From NCBI GenBank assembly GCA_003157775.1, contig PMKP01000223.1, positions 1 to 47,956 of the forward strand: a DNA stretch of 47,956 nt, in the 5' to 3' direction. Made by a program: the position numbers and the translations under genes. The stretch's first letter is position 1, and each line of letters starts with the position of its first letter. Under the pieces are notes generated by a model. It had not been told where the DNA came from. It saw nothing but the letters and a program-made list of their open reading frames with translations, and ran no database searches. The stretch comes from Myxococcales bacterium. Its GTDB lineage: Bacteria > Myxococcota_A > Polyangia > Fen-1088. Positions 1 to 8,641 of the stretch are shown here, piece by piece.

Positions 1-249
1 GAACTCCACAATGCGCGCACCGTGCTTCGCATCCACGCCAAAGACGTATGAGCCCCAGGAAAAGGTGCAAATCTGCGTGCTGTCGCACGCGGGAACGACT
101 CCGTTGGGAGAGACCTCATACCTGACATTGCTGAGCACGTCGCCCGATTCGGGTTTGTTCTGCGAATCGCTCGCATCCGCGGGTTCAGGCGCCGTGGAAG
201 CACAGGCCCCAAGCGAGCCCACGAAGGTGATCAAGACAACGCGCTTCAT
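1..249 (-). CDS. Lipoprotein, hypothetical (N-terminal part; runs off window start)
   Basis: Manual translation from ATG at 249: MKRVVLITFVGSLGACASTAPEPADASDS...GVDAKHGARIVEF; lipobox LGAC; frame open to position 1; TGnTAGGGT 6 nt before ATG. Confidence 0.75.
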   Translation of the reverse strand, partial: MKRVVLITFVGSLGACASTAPEPADASDSQNKPESGDVLSNVRYEVSPNGVVPACDSTQICTFSWGSYVFGVDAKHGARIVEF

Positions 250-586
250 GTGCGGACCCTACCATTAACGGACTTCGTCGAGAAGGTCATCCGCCTCAAC
301 CGGCGACGGCATAGGCTGGTGAAAGCCAAGGACAACAACCATCTGGCTTGAGACAGCATGCACCGGGTTCTGACCGCGAACGCAGAGAACCGGCCTGGTC
401 GAGGGAGTCCTCCAGTCCGAGCCCCAAGACCCGGTCAGTGCCGGCTTTTGCAGCACCTTTCAACCTGCATCATCTGTTTCCGCGTAGCACTGAGGCCAAC
501 TCACCAATCGTTGTCATCGGCGTGGCGTCGGTCGGACGAGTGGCGCGGGTGCGTGTAGCGGGGGCTGACTGCGTGGTCGCGCAACA

Positions 587-1018
587 TCAACGACGTGGCG
601 CCACAATCACGACGTCGAGCTTGGCGGGTTTCCCTTGAACCATACCGAATCCGACGCGGAAGCTTCCCGGCTGGCTTGGCCTAATGTCGAAGTGATCGGG
701 ATCGGGGCTTGTGCGGATACCGTTGGCACCAATGCGCACGTAGCCGTGTCGCTTGGCGACGAGTTCGAGCGGTGGGTGCTGCGGTTGCAGCTCGAAGTCC
801 TCGCCGGTGAACTCAAAATTTACGGGCAACCGGTCGCTGGGCTGGAATTCGATGATGAGTGGCTCGGCTCCTGTGTACCCCTGCAAGGCGCCGTTGTTGA
901 TGTCGACATAGCGCACGTGTCTCGGTGCCACGGCATGCGCGCAGCCGAATGTCGTCAGACCCGCCAACGCGCCCCAGAGCACGAGCGAGAATCGCGTCAC
1001 GTGTAGTTTGTTCGGCAT
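587..1018 (-). CDS. Hypothetical lipoprotein, small beta-rich domain
   Basis: ORF 587-1039; likely start MPNKLHVTRF at 1018; hydrophobic stretch ending TFGC lipobox. Confidence 0.7.
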   Translation of the reverse strand: MPNKLHVTRFSLVLWGALAGLTTFGCAHAVAPRHVRYVDINNGALQGYTGAEPLIIEFQPSDRLPVNFEFTGEDFELQPQHPPLELVAKRHGYVRIGANGIRTSPDPDHFDIRPSQPGSFRVGFGMVQGKPAKLDVVIVAPRR

Positions 1019-1186
1019 GTCTGTTCCGTCCAAGTTCAAGAGCTGCGTGCGCAGCTGCGCACCAGAGGATTGTGGATAGTCATTTTGAGCGCCATTTTGC
1101 CTTCACCGAATCGCATCTGCAAAATGGCTGATAGCCGATCTTACATTCACCTGCACGCCCGAACTATCCCTATACCGAACTTTGGC

Positions 1187-1867
1187 TTAGTGCCCACAGT
1201 ACCACACTGACGTGGCGGGGGCCGGCGCGGATGCATCAATGGGGAGCGCGTGGCTGGTCGTACCGCCGTCTAGGTCGATGGGCCCGCAGTGGGGGTCGAT
1301 GAGCGCCAGTGGGTAGTCGAAGATGATCCTGTCGCCCACGCATTGTGATTGCACGCATCGAACCTGAATGGCGGGCGGGATGCACGCCGTGCATACGCCC
1401 GCAGGGCTGGTCGAGAACGTGGGCGCCGGAGCAGCCCCCGGGGCACGGCTGTACAGGTACGCCACATTCATGCAGCCGTCGATTTCGATGCAGCAGTCTG
1501 AATCGTTGCTACAAGGGAAGCCTTGGGCGTCGGGGCTCACCAGGACGTCCACACCTCCCCCGTCGGCACCGCTGCCACCGCCGTTGCCGCTGGTTCCGCC
1601 GGTTCCCCCAGCACCTCCAGTGCCTACCGCGCCGCCCGTGCCTTGCACGCCACCGGTCTCGCTGTCGCCAGAGCCTGAAGTCGTAGTCCCTCCGTTCGCA
1701 CCACCTCTTCCACCAGTACTAGCTGTCATGCCACCGTTCGCGTTGCCTGCCGAGCCACCGCTCGCGTTGCCACCCGAGCCCCCCTGCGGCGACGTGCTTG
1801 AGCTGCAAGCCGCAAGGAGAACCGCGAGTCCAACGCTTGGGATCGATACACGTGCTTTATTGAGCAT
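1187..1867 (-). CDS. Lipoprotein with Gly/Thr/Ser linker and C-terminal Cys-rich domain
   Basis: Lipobox LAAC; GG-rich linker; CSNDSDCC...CTACIPP...C...C domain. Confidence 0.8.
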   Translation of the reverse strand: MLNKARVSIPSVGLAVLLAACSSSTSPQGGSGGNASGGSAGNANGGMTASTGGRGGANGGTTTSGSGDSETGGVQGTGGAVGTGGAGGTGGTSGNGGGSGADGGGVDVLVSPDAQGFPCSNDSDCCIEIDGCMNVAYLYSRAPGAAPAPTFSTSPAGVCTACIPPAIQVRCVQSQCVGDRIIFDYPLALIDPHCGPIDLDGGTTSHALPIDASAPAPATSVWYCGH

Positions 1868-2304
1868 AGGAATCTTGGAAGTATGGTGTTCACGAGCAAG
1901 TCACGGCTTCCGAGAATAGCATCTGTCGGCAGTCAGGGTGAGTTTCACGCGGCAGGGGGTTGGTCTAGCATGGACCAAATCTGAGGTTGATGGGCCGCTG
2001 ATCTTGGGGCATTCCACGCTGGTGCCCCCATCAAGGGATCCAAATGCATATCTGAATTAGGGCTCTTCGGGTCATAGCCAAGTCCATGCGGTTCTGGAGG
2101 GTCCGGGGGCGTCCGGGACCGGCCCCCGGCCCACACCTATTTCGCTAACCCCGATCCATCCTGCGATTCGGCGGAAGGGCTTCCGTTCCCGCAGTCGCCC
2201 GACAAGATCAGGCTCGTTCTCCCTCGCAAAGGAGGGGCTGGTGAATGCGATGCGCCCAATCGGCCTGGTGGATGTATGATGGATCGTCTCGAAAGCTGGC
2301 CCAG

Positions 2305-3975
2305 ATGCATCCCAGCAAACCGACAGGCAAGCCTGACAAAGCGGTGGATACGATCATGCACGCTGGCCAGATCGTTGATGGGAAATACCGAGTGGATCAC
2401 TTGCTTGGGCAGGGTGGGATGGCGGCGGTGTGGGCCGGTACGAATGAACGTACGGGCAAGCAAGTTGCCTTGAAAGTGATTCTGCGGTCCTTGGCGATCA
2501 CGCGCGAAGCGGAGCGTCTCGTTTACAGCGAGGCACTGGCCGCCAGCCGCGTGAATCATCCCAATGTCGTGACGGTCTTCGATGTCATCGAACACGAAGG
2601 CCTGGCGTGCATCGTGATGGAGCGGCTTGACGGAGAGCCGTTGGGCACGTACATCGCTCGCAAGGGATGCCTCAGCGTGAGCGAAGCGACGTCGCTACTC
2701 TTGCCCGCCATGCGTGGAGTGGCCGCCGCCAACGCACAGGGTGTAGTCCACCGCGATCTCAAGCCGCAGAACATCTTCATCTGCATCGGGCCCGACGGGC
2801 ACATCCTGACGACCAAGGTATTGGATTTTGGTATCTCGGTTATGATGGAACGAGTCGTGGATCCCTCGGCCGGGCCCGCCCTTGCCTTGGCCATGGGCAC
2901 CCCAGCCTATATGGCTCCCGAGCATATTTCGGGTGAGAGACGCATCGATGAACGTGCCGATGTGTACGGCTTCGGTGTGTTGTTCTACGAAGCGTTGAGC
3001 GGAAAGGTGCCGTTCCCGGGCGAGCCAGGGCCTGATCTCTTCGAATGCGTCTTGAATGAACCCGCTCCGCCCTTGGCGCGGTTCCGTCCCGATTTGCCCC
3101 CGGGTTTGGTGCGCATCATCGAAGTCGCCATGGCCAAGAAGCCGGACCATCGCTACTCCGATCTGAATCTGATGGTGAGCGCTCTGGAAAACGAACTGCT
3201 GCCGTCCACCCCAGTCTCGCGTTTGATCACGCCGCTGGTTGGCGTGGCCTCGTTTGCCTTGGGTGATGTCCCGCACGGACAGTCCGTGGCGCAACCCACT
3301 CCTAGCAGGGAGGCGTCCAGTCCGCATCAGGAGACGAAGATGCTCTTCGCCCTTCCCCTGGACAAGGATAACGAGCACAGCGCCACCAACGGTGGACCGG
3401 ATCGCGCATGGAATAATTACTCCGAAATGTCAAGGCCGACCACAGCCACATGTCGCGAGACGATTCTGGTGCGTCTGAAACCCCGGTTCTGGAAGGCACT
3501 ATGGCGCATTCGGTCGCTCTCTGCCATTCGTGCCAGGTTGTTCTCCGCCCTTCGCGCTTGGTCGCTCGCTGCCCTCCGTGGTCGGCGAGGATTGGTGGGC
3601 GCAGGTGTCGCGGTCGCTCTCGTTTTCGCGGTTTTGATAGCCACGCGAGGCGCCGGTCACGTACATCGAGCTGTGCGAGCACCCGTCGCGAACACCACGC
3701 CCGCAGCGATCTCGCCCGCTGTTCCAACCGTGGAGCCAACTGTGATCGCTGTCCCGGTAGCGCTTCCGGCCGCTTTCGCAGCTTCGCTATCCCCACCTGC
3801 GCCGGCCACGCTCGCAACGGACGGACACAGCGAGCACATGAGCCACGTGGGCGGGCGTGGCATTTTGAGAGCGTCTGGACCGGCGCGTGCGCGGTCACGA
3901 GCCCCAAGGGCGCGCGCTTCGATCAAATCCCCGTCGACACGTGCCGGGAGGCTGACCGCGGATGATTTTTTCTAG
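2305..3975 (+). CDS. Serine/threonine protein kinase (Hanks type) with C-terminal TM segment
   Basis: LGQGGMAAV, VALK, HRDLKPQN, DFG, GTPAYMAPE, DVYGFG motifs; TM LVGAGVAVALVFAVLIA; start codon uncertain (2305 or ~2356). Confidence 0.95.
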   Translation: MHPSKPTGKPDKAVDTIMHAGQIVDGKYRVDHLLGQGGMAAVWAGTNERTGKQVALKVILRSLAITREAERLVYSEALAASRVNHPNVVTVFDVIEHEGLACIVMERLDGEPLGTYIARKGCLSVSEATSLLLPAMRGVAAANAQGVVHRDLKPQNIFICIGPDGHILTTKVLDFGISVMMERVVDPSAGPALALAMGTPAYMAPEHISGERRIDERADVYGFGVLFYEALSGKVPFPGEPGPDLFECVLNEPAPPLARFRPDLPPGLVRIIEVAMAKKPDHRYSDLNLMVSALENELLPSTPVSRLITPLVGVASFALGDVPHGQSVAQPTPSREASSPHQETKMLFALPLDKDNEHSATNGGPDRAWNNYSEMSRPTTATCRETILVRLKPRFWKALWRIRSLSAIRARLFSALRAWSLAALRGRRGLVGAGVAVALVFAVLIATRGAGHVHRAVRAPVANTTPAAISPAVPTVEPTVIAVPVALPAAFAASLSPPAPATLATDGHSEHMSHVGGRGILRASGPARARSRAPRARASIKSPSTRAGRLTADDFF

Positions 3976-4249
3976 AAGACCGTCTTTGTCCGCCAGCGTC
4001 AGGCGCCGACGCTGATCCGGGGTGAAAGGAATCCACTCTTGGCCCGTGGCGGCCCGGACGGCCTCCTTCAGGACGCGAACCTCCTCCAGCGTCCGCTCGT
4101 TGATCGCAGAGACGATCGTGGCGATGACAAACTGGAGCGTCAACGGAAGCATTGGGCGCCAACCTGCCCGTTCAGGCATGCCGATTCAAGCTGCGCATCT
4201 TCGCGAATTCATGCCACAATTCCCGCGACGACTCCTTGTACACCACGGG
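3976..4249 (-). pseudogene. 5' remnant of an integrase-core (rve) transposase / IS element
   Basis: ATG at 4152: MLPLTLQFVIATIVSAINERTLEEVRVLKEAVRAATGQEWIPFTPDQRRRL resembles N-termini of rve transposases (LQF..INE..EE.RVL.E..RF T.DQRRRL); truncated against the kinase stop; element end position is a guess. Confidence 0.6.
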
Positions 4250-4376
4250 TTCGGATTTGCGCCAGATTCGGGTATATAGAGGTCGCCGGAGCCCCCAGCG
4301 CACCCTTTCCAAGAAAACCACCAAGAAGGACCTCAAGCGAGGCCGGCCCAACCCATCCTGCGTTTCGGTCAAGACC

Positions 4377-5267
4377 ATGAAGCACGCGCGCGTTTCTCCT
4401 TTTCTGGCTTCTTCACTTCCTTTTCTGGCGTGCGTCCTGACCCTGCTCAGCGCCTCGGCTGTCAGCGCAGCTGAGTGCCCAGCCAGTCCGCCAGATCGGA
4501 CCAACGAGCGGCGGGTGCTGGCCAAGGAATGGTGCGCGCGGGCTGAGGCGGCCGAGAGCGCTGGCAACGACGTCGAGGCCGTGCGTGCCTATGCCTGTTC
4601 CATGAGGATGATGGCCCAGGCGTCCACTGTGTACAGCCTCGCGCGGGTCGCCCAGCGTTCAGGCGACGTCGAGCTGGCACTGCAGTCGTACCGGGCCTAT
4701 CTGACTTTGAAGCCTGACGCCTCAGAAAGAAACGAGGTGCAGGCCAAGATCCGGGACCTGGAAGCGAAGATCAAGGGAGTCCAAGAGATCGGCGTCGGAA
4801 AAGAGCCACCAACCAAACAACCTCCCGCGGTAGAGGCAAAGCCGGAGGTCCCGGTCGCGCCACGCAATCCGGTCAAGGTGGTCGTTCCCGAGCTGACGCC
4901 TCAATTGACCAGGCAGGGAGGAAAAGGGCGCTTTCCCTGGCAGAAAGATCCGGGACCCATTGCTGGCCGCTGGTTTGCGATGTGCGAGGAAAAGGCGGGG
5001 ATGGCTATTGAGTTCAGCGTGGATGGGAAGAGAGCGACGGGACAAGTTTCTAGCCTGGGCACGGCGGGCATTTTCGGCTACTCGATCGGCGAGCAAGTTT
5101 TTCGGCTCGAAGCCGCCGACAACGGTGATTGGGTGGGGCAGCTTCACTGGCGGGGTGTGGGCAACCGTGAACGCTGGGATCCGATTCGATTCGTGGCGAC
5201 TTACTGGCAACTGGATGCCACCATGACCACGGACAACTGCTACAAGAAGATGCCCCGGGCTAGATGA
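4377..5267 (+). CDS. Exported TPR-repeat protein with Pro-rich linker and C-terminal beta domain
   Basis: Start MKHARVSPFL; signal peptide ending AVSA; TPR-like YSLARVAQRSGDVELALQSYRAYLTLKP; C-terminal IAGRWF...GQLHW domain. Confidence 0.8.
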   Translation: MKHARVSPFLASSLPFLACVLTLLSASAVSAAECPASPPDRTNERRVLAKEWCARAEAAESAGNDVEAVRAYACSMRMMAQASTVYSLARVAQRSGDVELALQSYRAYLTLKPDASERNEVQAKIRDLEAKIKGVQEIGVGKEPPTKQPPAVEAKPEVPVAPRNPVKVVVPELTPQLTRQGGKGRFPWQKDPGPIAGRWFAMCEEKAGMAIEFSVDGKRATGQVSSLGTAGIFGYSIGEQVFRLEAADNGDWVGQLHWRGVGNRERWDPIRFVATYWQLDATMTTDNCYKKMPRAR

Positions 5268-5937
5268 CCGGTCGTGCCACCGCGGCGCTGTCCTGACGAC
5301 ATCCCAGTGGGGCGTATGGCCGATATGGCTGTCTTTGGCATAGCTATCCCGCCGCAAGATCCGGGATGGCGGCAGCTCGATCGGAGCGCTGGACGCCAGC
5401 CCCAGCGCGGGCACTGTGCCCTCCACAGCGCAGCACTCGACACGCCCTCGTGCCTGCGCTGCCACCGATCGCGGCCGGCCTGGAGCGGGGCATGGGCGAG
5501 CCGGCTGGGTGTGACCTGCGGCCAGAGGGGTGAGCATGGGTGTGGCGGAACCCATCCGCTGGCGTGGGTGAGCATCAAGCAACACGTCGGCTCTGGCGAG
5601 ACGCTGCGGAAGGGCCGGAAAGCTGGCCTTGAGCAGCACGGCGGGACAGTGGCGCCCAGCTCGGCGCACTTCACGCCGGCCAAGCGATGCAACCACCAGG
5701 TGCCAGCCGGAAAAACCCGCCTTGACAGCGCTCCCAGACATCGGCGCCGACGTGTCTATACTGTAGCAAACGGTGCCGCTCCGCCCGACCGTCACGCTCC
5801 CGACTGAGTTTGTGCCGCTGCAGGTAGCCAAGAAAGAGGGACACAGTGCGGAACGCCGGCGGACGGCCGTGATAGCCGTTGATAGCGGTGGCTCTGAATA
5901 TGTGTCAGGCACCTTCCCCGGTGGCGCCCGCCCACGA

Positions 5938-7299
5938 CTACTTCTTCGCTGGAGCCGCGGCGTAGACTTGGCCAAGGTCGGTCAAGGTGTCGTCGGTGTT
6001 GTAAACTTCACAGTTCGGGGACCACTGGTACCAGGCATAGCGCGCAAGTCGCGGGTGTTTGGCAAAGACCGCGAGCGCTCCGTTGAAAAAGGCGATCACT
6101 CCCGCTGCGGTCGGGGCGCTCTGGTTCAAGCAGCCCCACTCAGTCAGCCAAATGGGGCGATTGCCAGGAAAGCTTTCCGCGTAGTTGATGTAGCTCTCAA
6201 GCTGTGAGGCCGCGGCGTCGCACGAGCCTGCGTTCCAGCCGTACCAGTGAATGGCGATGAAGTCGGCTCGCAGCGCGGTGTTGGCCGCAACGTCCGCCAT
6301 GTACTCTTTGAACCACGCTTGCCCGGTGGTGTTGGCCTGAGTCCCGGGCGTTCCCACCGCGATGTTTGCCACACTATCGAATGCCGGCAAGAGCGCAATC
6401 GCCGACGCCACTGTGATGTTGGACCCACCCCCCGCCGCCGTGTTGTCCGGCTCATTGAAGCCAAGCACGTACTTGGAGCCCTTGCTCGCGAAGCCCGCGA
6501 CAGCGGTCTGGATGTTGGCCGCGGTATCCGCGCCCCAAATCATGGGCACATACTCGACGCCGTTCACGACAGCGCACGCCTCGTTCTCGGTCCCGGACCA
6601 GTTGTAATACCAGGACACGTTCATGGCAGTGCGCACCTTGCACGCCCCGCCGGCGATGCCCTTGAACGGCTGCCCACCGCCCGTGCCGCTTGCTCCACCG
6701 CCACCGGCGCCGCCCGTGACAATTGCGCCGCCGGCTAGCTTGCCGCCTGTACCTGTGCTGCCGCCTTTGCCACCTGTCGTGCCGCCGGTGCCCGCACCGC
6801 CGCCACTTCCTGCGCTGCCGCCGCTTCCTATGCCACCACCAGTACCTGGAACGCCACCGGTGCCGACGCTGCCGCCCCTGGATACGCTGCCACCGGTACT
6901 GCCGCCGCTGGCGACACTCCCGCCGTTGCCGACACTCCCACCGGTGCCTACGCTGCCGCCGCTAGCTGGACTCCCGCCGCTGGACACGCTCCCGCCGGTG
7001 CCTACAGTGCCACCGCTGGCTGCACTTCCGCCGGTGCCCACAGTGCCACCGCTGGCTGGACTCCCGCCGCTGCCTACAGTGCCACCGCTGGCTGCACTCC
7101 CGCCACTTCCTACACCGCCGCCGCTGCCGGTGCTTCCACCGCTGCTCTTGACTCCGCTCTGACCTCCTGAGCCCAACGTCCCACCTGTGCCAGTGTCAGA
7201 TGCGCTGCCGGGGCTAGAGCAACCGGCTCCAAGTAGCGCGATGAGTGTGCCGCAACAGAATGCGAAACCCGTAAACGACGGTAGCAGATCAGTTTTCAT
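5938..7299 (-). CDS. GH128-family (Glyco_hydro_cc) beta-1,3-glucanase-like lipoprotein with Gly-rich stalk
   Basis: Lipobox GAGC; motifs SWYYNW, YVPMIWG, LGFNEPD (acid/base Glu), DFIAIHWY, PIWLTEW (nucleophile Glu), RYAWY. Confidence 0.88.
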   Translation of the reverse strand: MKTDLLPSFTGFAFCCGTLIALLGAGCSSPGSASDTGTGGTLGSGGQSGVKSSGGSTGSGGGVGSGGSAASGGTVGSGGSPASGGTVGTGGSAASGGTVGTGGSVSSGGSPASGGSVGTGGSVGNGGSVASGGSTGGSVSRGGSVGTGGVPGTGGGIGSGGSAGSGGGAGTGGTTGGKGGSTGTGGKLAGGAIVTGGAGGGGASGTGGGQPFKGIAGGACKVRTAMNVSWYYNWSGTENEACAVVNGVEYVPMIWGADTAANIQTAVAGFASKGSKYVLGFNEPDNTAAGGGSNITVASAIALLPAFDSVANIAVGTPGTQANTTGQAWFKEYMADVAANTALRADFIAIHWYGWNAGSCDAAASQLESYINYAESFPGNRPIWLTEWGCLNQSAPTAAGVIAFFNGALAVFAKHPRLARYAWYQWSPNCEVYNTDDTLTDLGQVYAAAPAKK

Positions 7300-7374
7300 A
7301 TTCTCACTCATGAGAACGGCAATTCCACCTCTTCGTCCGCCTGGTGCAGACCGCGGATAACTACTCACGACGTA

Positions 7375-7420
7375 GGTGGATAGTATCATATCCACCACTC
7401 TATAGGCTTGACTCAAGTCT
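7375..7420. promoter_or_regulatory. Two adjacent inverted repeats upstream of GH128 gene (candidate operators)
   Basis: GGTGGATA-N6-TATCCACC (7375-7396, perfect) and AGGCTTGA-C-TCAAGTCT (7404-7420, one mismatch). Confidence 0.35.
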
Positions 7421-7583
7421 GACGCGGTAGCTGTCTCGCTGCGAAACGTCCGCACGGCGGAGGCGCTGGAGGAGCAGGCCAGCGCGACCTTCAGCCTCCT
7501 CACTTTTTTGCCGTCAAGCGAAAAGTGCAGCTTCGGTGTGCTCTTCGGCGGTGTGGGCTTGCGTGCGAAGACGTTCGGAACCT

Positions 7584-8609
7584 CTAGTAGATTTCCACTT
7601 CAGCCAAGTGGAAGAAGTTGGGCGGGGTGTTCAGGAGACGAACGTAGCGGCCTTCGGCGTGGAGGCCGCCTGCGGTCCATTGATCGAAGGTTTCTTTCCG
7701 TTCTCTCAGTAGCGTGAAGTTGATATTGTCCTTGCTCACTTCCAATTTGATGGGAACGGCCCGATCTTGGTAGCCGTCGGATCGGTTGTATGCGACCAGC
7801 TTGTTGAACTTGCGGACTGACCCGAGGTCGATGACTACCCATTGCTGGCCACCAGACTGCGTGTGGAAACCCATGTTGTTGCGGTCACCATCGACCAGCA
7901 GGCTGTGATCCGTTCCTTGCCAGGGATACTGGCTGCTGACGGTGACCGGGCAATGGAGCGCGATGTTGGGCTTTTCTAGTTTCCTGTCCAGCCAGTTCCC
8001 GCCGGTGGCAAGAAATGCGGCCAACACCAAAGCCGCGACTATCACGCGTAACCATCGCGCGACAAGCGCGCGGCCAAGGCGATTCGCCTCGAACTCAAGC
8101 GGCTCGGATAGCCTCGTGGCCAAGCCGCGCACGGCGCCAGCGAGGGACTCTCGATCTGCCCCGGTCAGTTTCGCGAGGGTGGCGTCCCGGTCCGGGGCAA
8201 GTATCGCTGTCAGCATCGAGCGTTGGGGAATCGTGAGCTTCGCGAATGCTTCCGCCAGCAGCGGCAGCTTGCGGGTGTTCGCCCAGTCGGTATCGCCAAG
8301 TGGCCCAACGCCGGAACGCAGACCTTCGCGCTCCAAGTAGGCGCGAACCAGCAAACCGACCCGATCGCAGTCAAGCAAAAGAGCCGCCAAGTTGCTCTCG
8401 CCAGTTTCTCCAATCTCGGCGACGTCGTCGGAAAGCTGGCGTGCGATGTCGAACCAGGCAAACCCGGGCTTGCCTGGGCCGAATGTGGCCTCGCGTGCCT
8501 CGGCCACGCGCGGCCCCATCCATAGGAGCCTGCTCAGCCAATTGGGCGTGGCTTGCTCTGACGCCACCGTTCTCTGGGCATTGACTTTTTCAGCTCGGTC
8601 ATCGCTCAT
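7584..8609 (-). CDS. Membrane-anchored protein with C-terminal F-type lectin / discoidin (F5/8 type C) domain
   Basis: Single TM (VIVAALVLAAFLATGG); NIAL...LLVDGD...FHT...WVVIDLG...NRSDGYQDR...GRYVRL...LAEVEIY. Confidence 0.85.
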   Translation of the reverse strand: MSDDRAEKVNAQRTVASEQATPNWLSRLLWMGPRVAEAREATFGPGKPGFAWFDIARQLSDDVAEIGETGESNLAALLLDCDRVGLLVRAYLEREGLRSGVGPLGDTDWANTRKLPLLAEAFAKLTIPQRSMLTAILAPDRDATLAKLTGADRESLAGAVRGLATRLSEPLEFEANRLGRALVARWLRVIVAALVLAAFLATGGNWLDRKLEKPNIALHCPVTVSSQYPWQGTDHSLLVDGDRNNMGFHTQSGGQQWVVIDLGSVRKFNKLVAYNRSDGYQDRAVPIKLEVSKDNINFTLLRERKETFDQWTAGGLHAEGRYVRLLNTPPNFFHLAEVEIY

Positions 8610-8641
8610 GGCAAGGCCAACAGTCTGCTGGTGTTCGTGCC

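Noticed and set aside
2095-2132. GC hairpin CCGGGGGC...GCCCCCGG as a REP/MITE
   Set aside because: Single copy in the window; cannot be distinguished from a chance GC-rich stem
5274-5807. 177-aa ORF with a CLRCH motif (also CMACH at ~12571) as c-type cytochrome
   Set aside because: Single motif, no signal peptide or RBS, atypical composition; likely chance
6623-7162. Pro-rich ORFs on the strand opposite Gly-rich genes (also 1368-1919, 13911-14414, 16993-17685, 29546-30457, 32831-33706, 46794-47543)
   Set aside because: Antisense shadows of GGN-rich codons; the real genes carry signal peptides and domains on the other strand
7407-7417. CTTGACTCAAG as HspR HAIR operator
   Set aside because: Lacks the 7-bp spacer of CTTGAGT-N7-ACTCAAG and is not upstream of a chaperone gene
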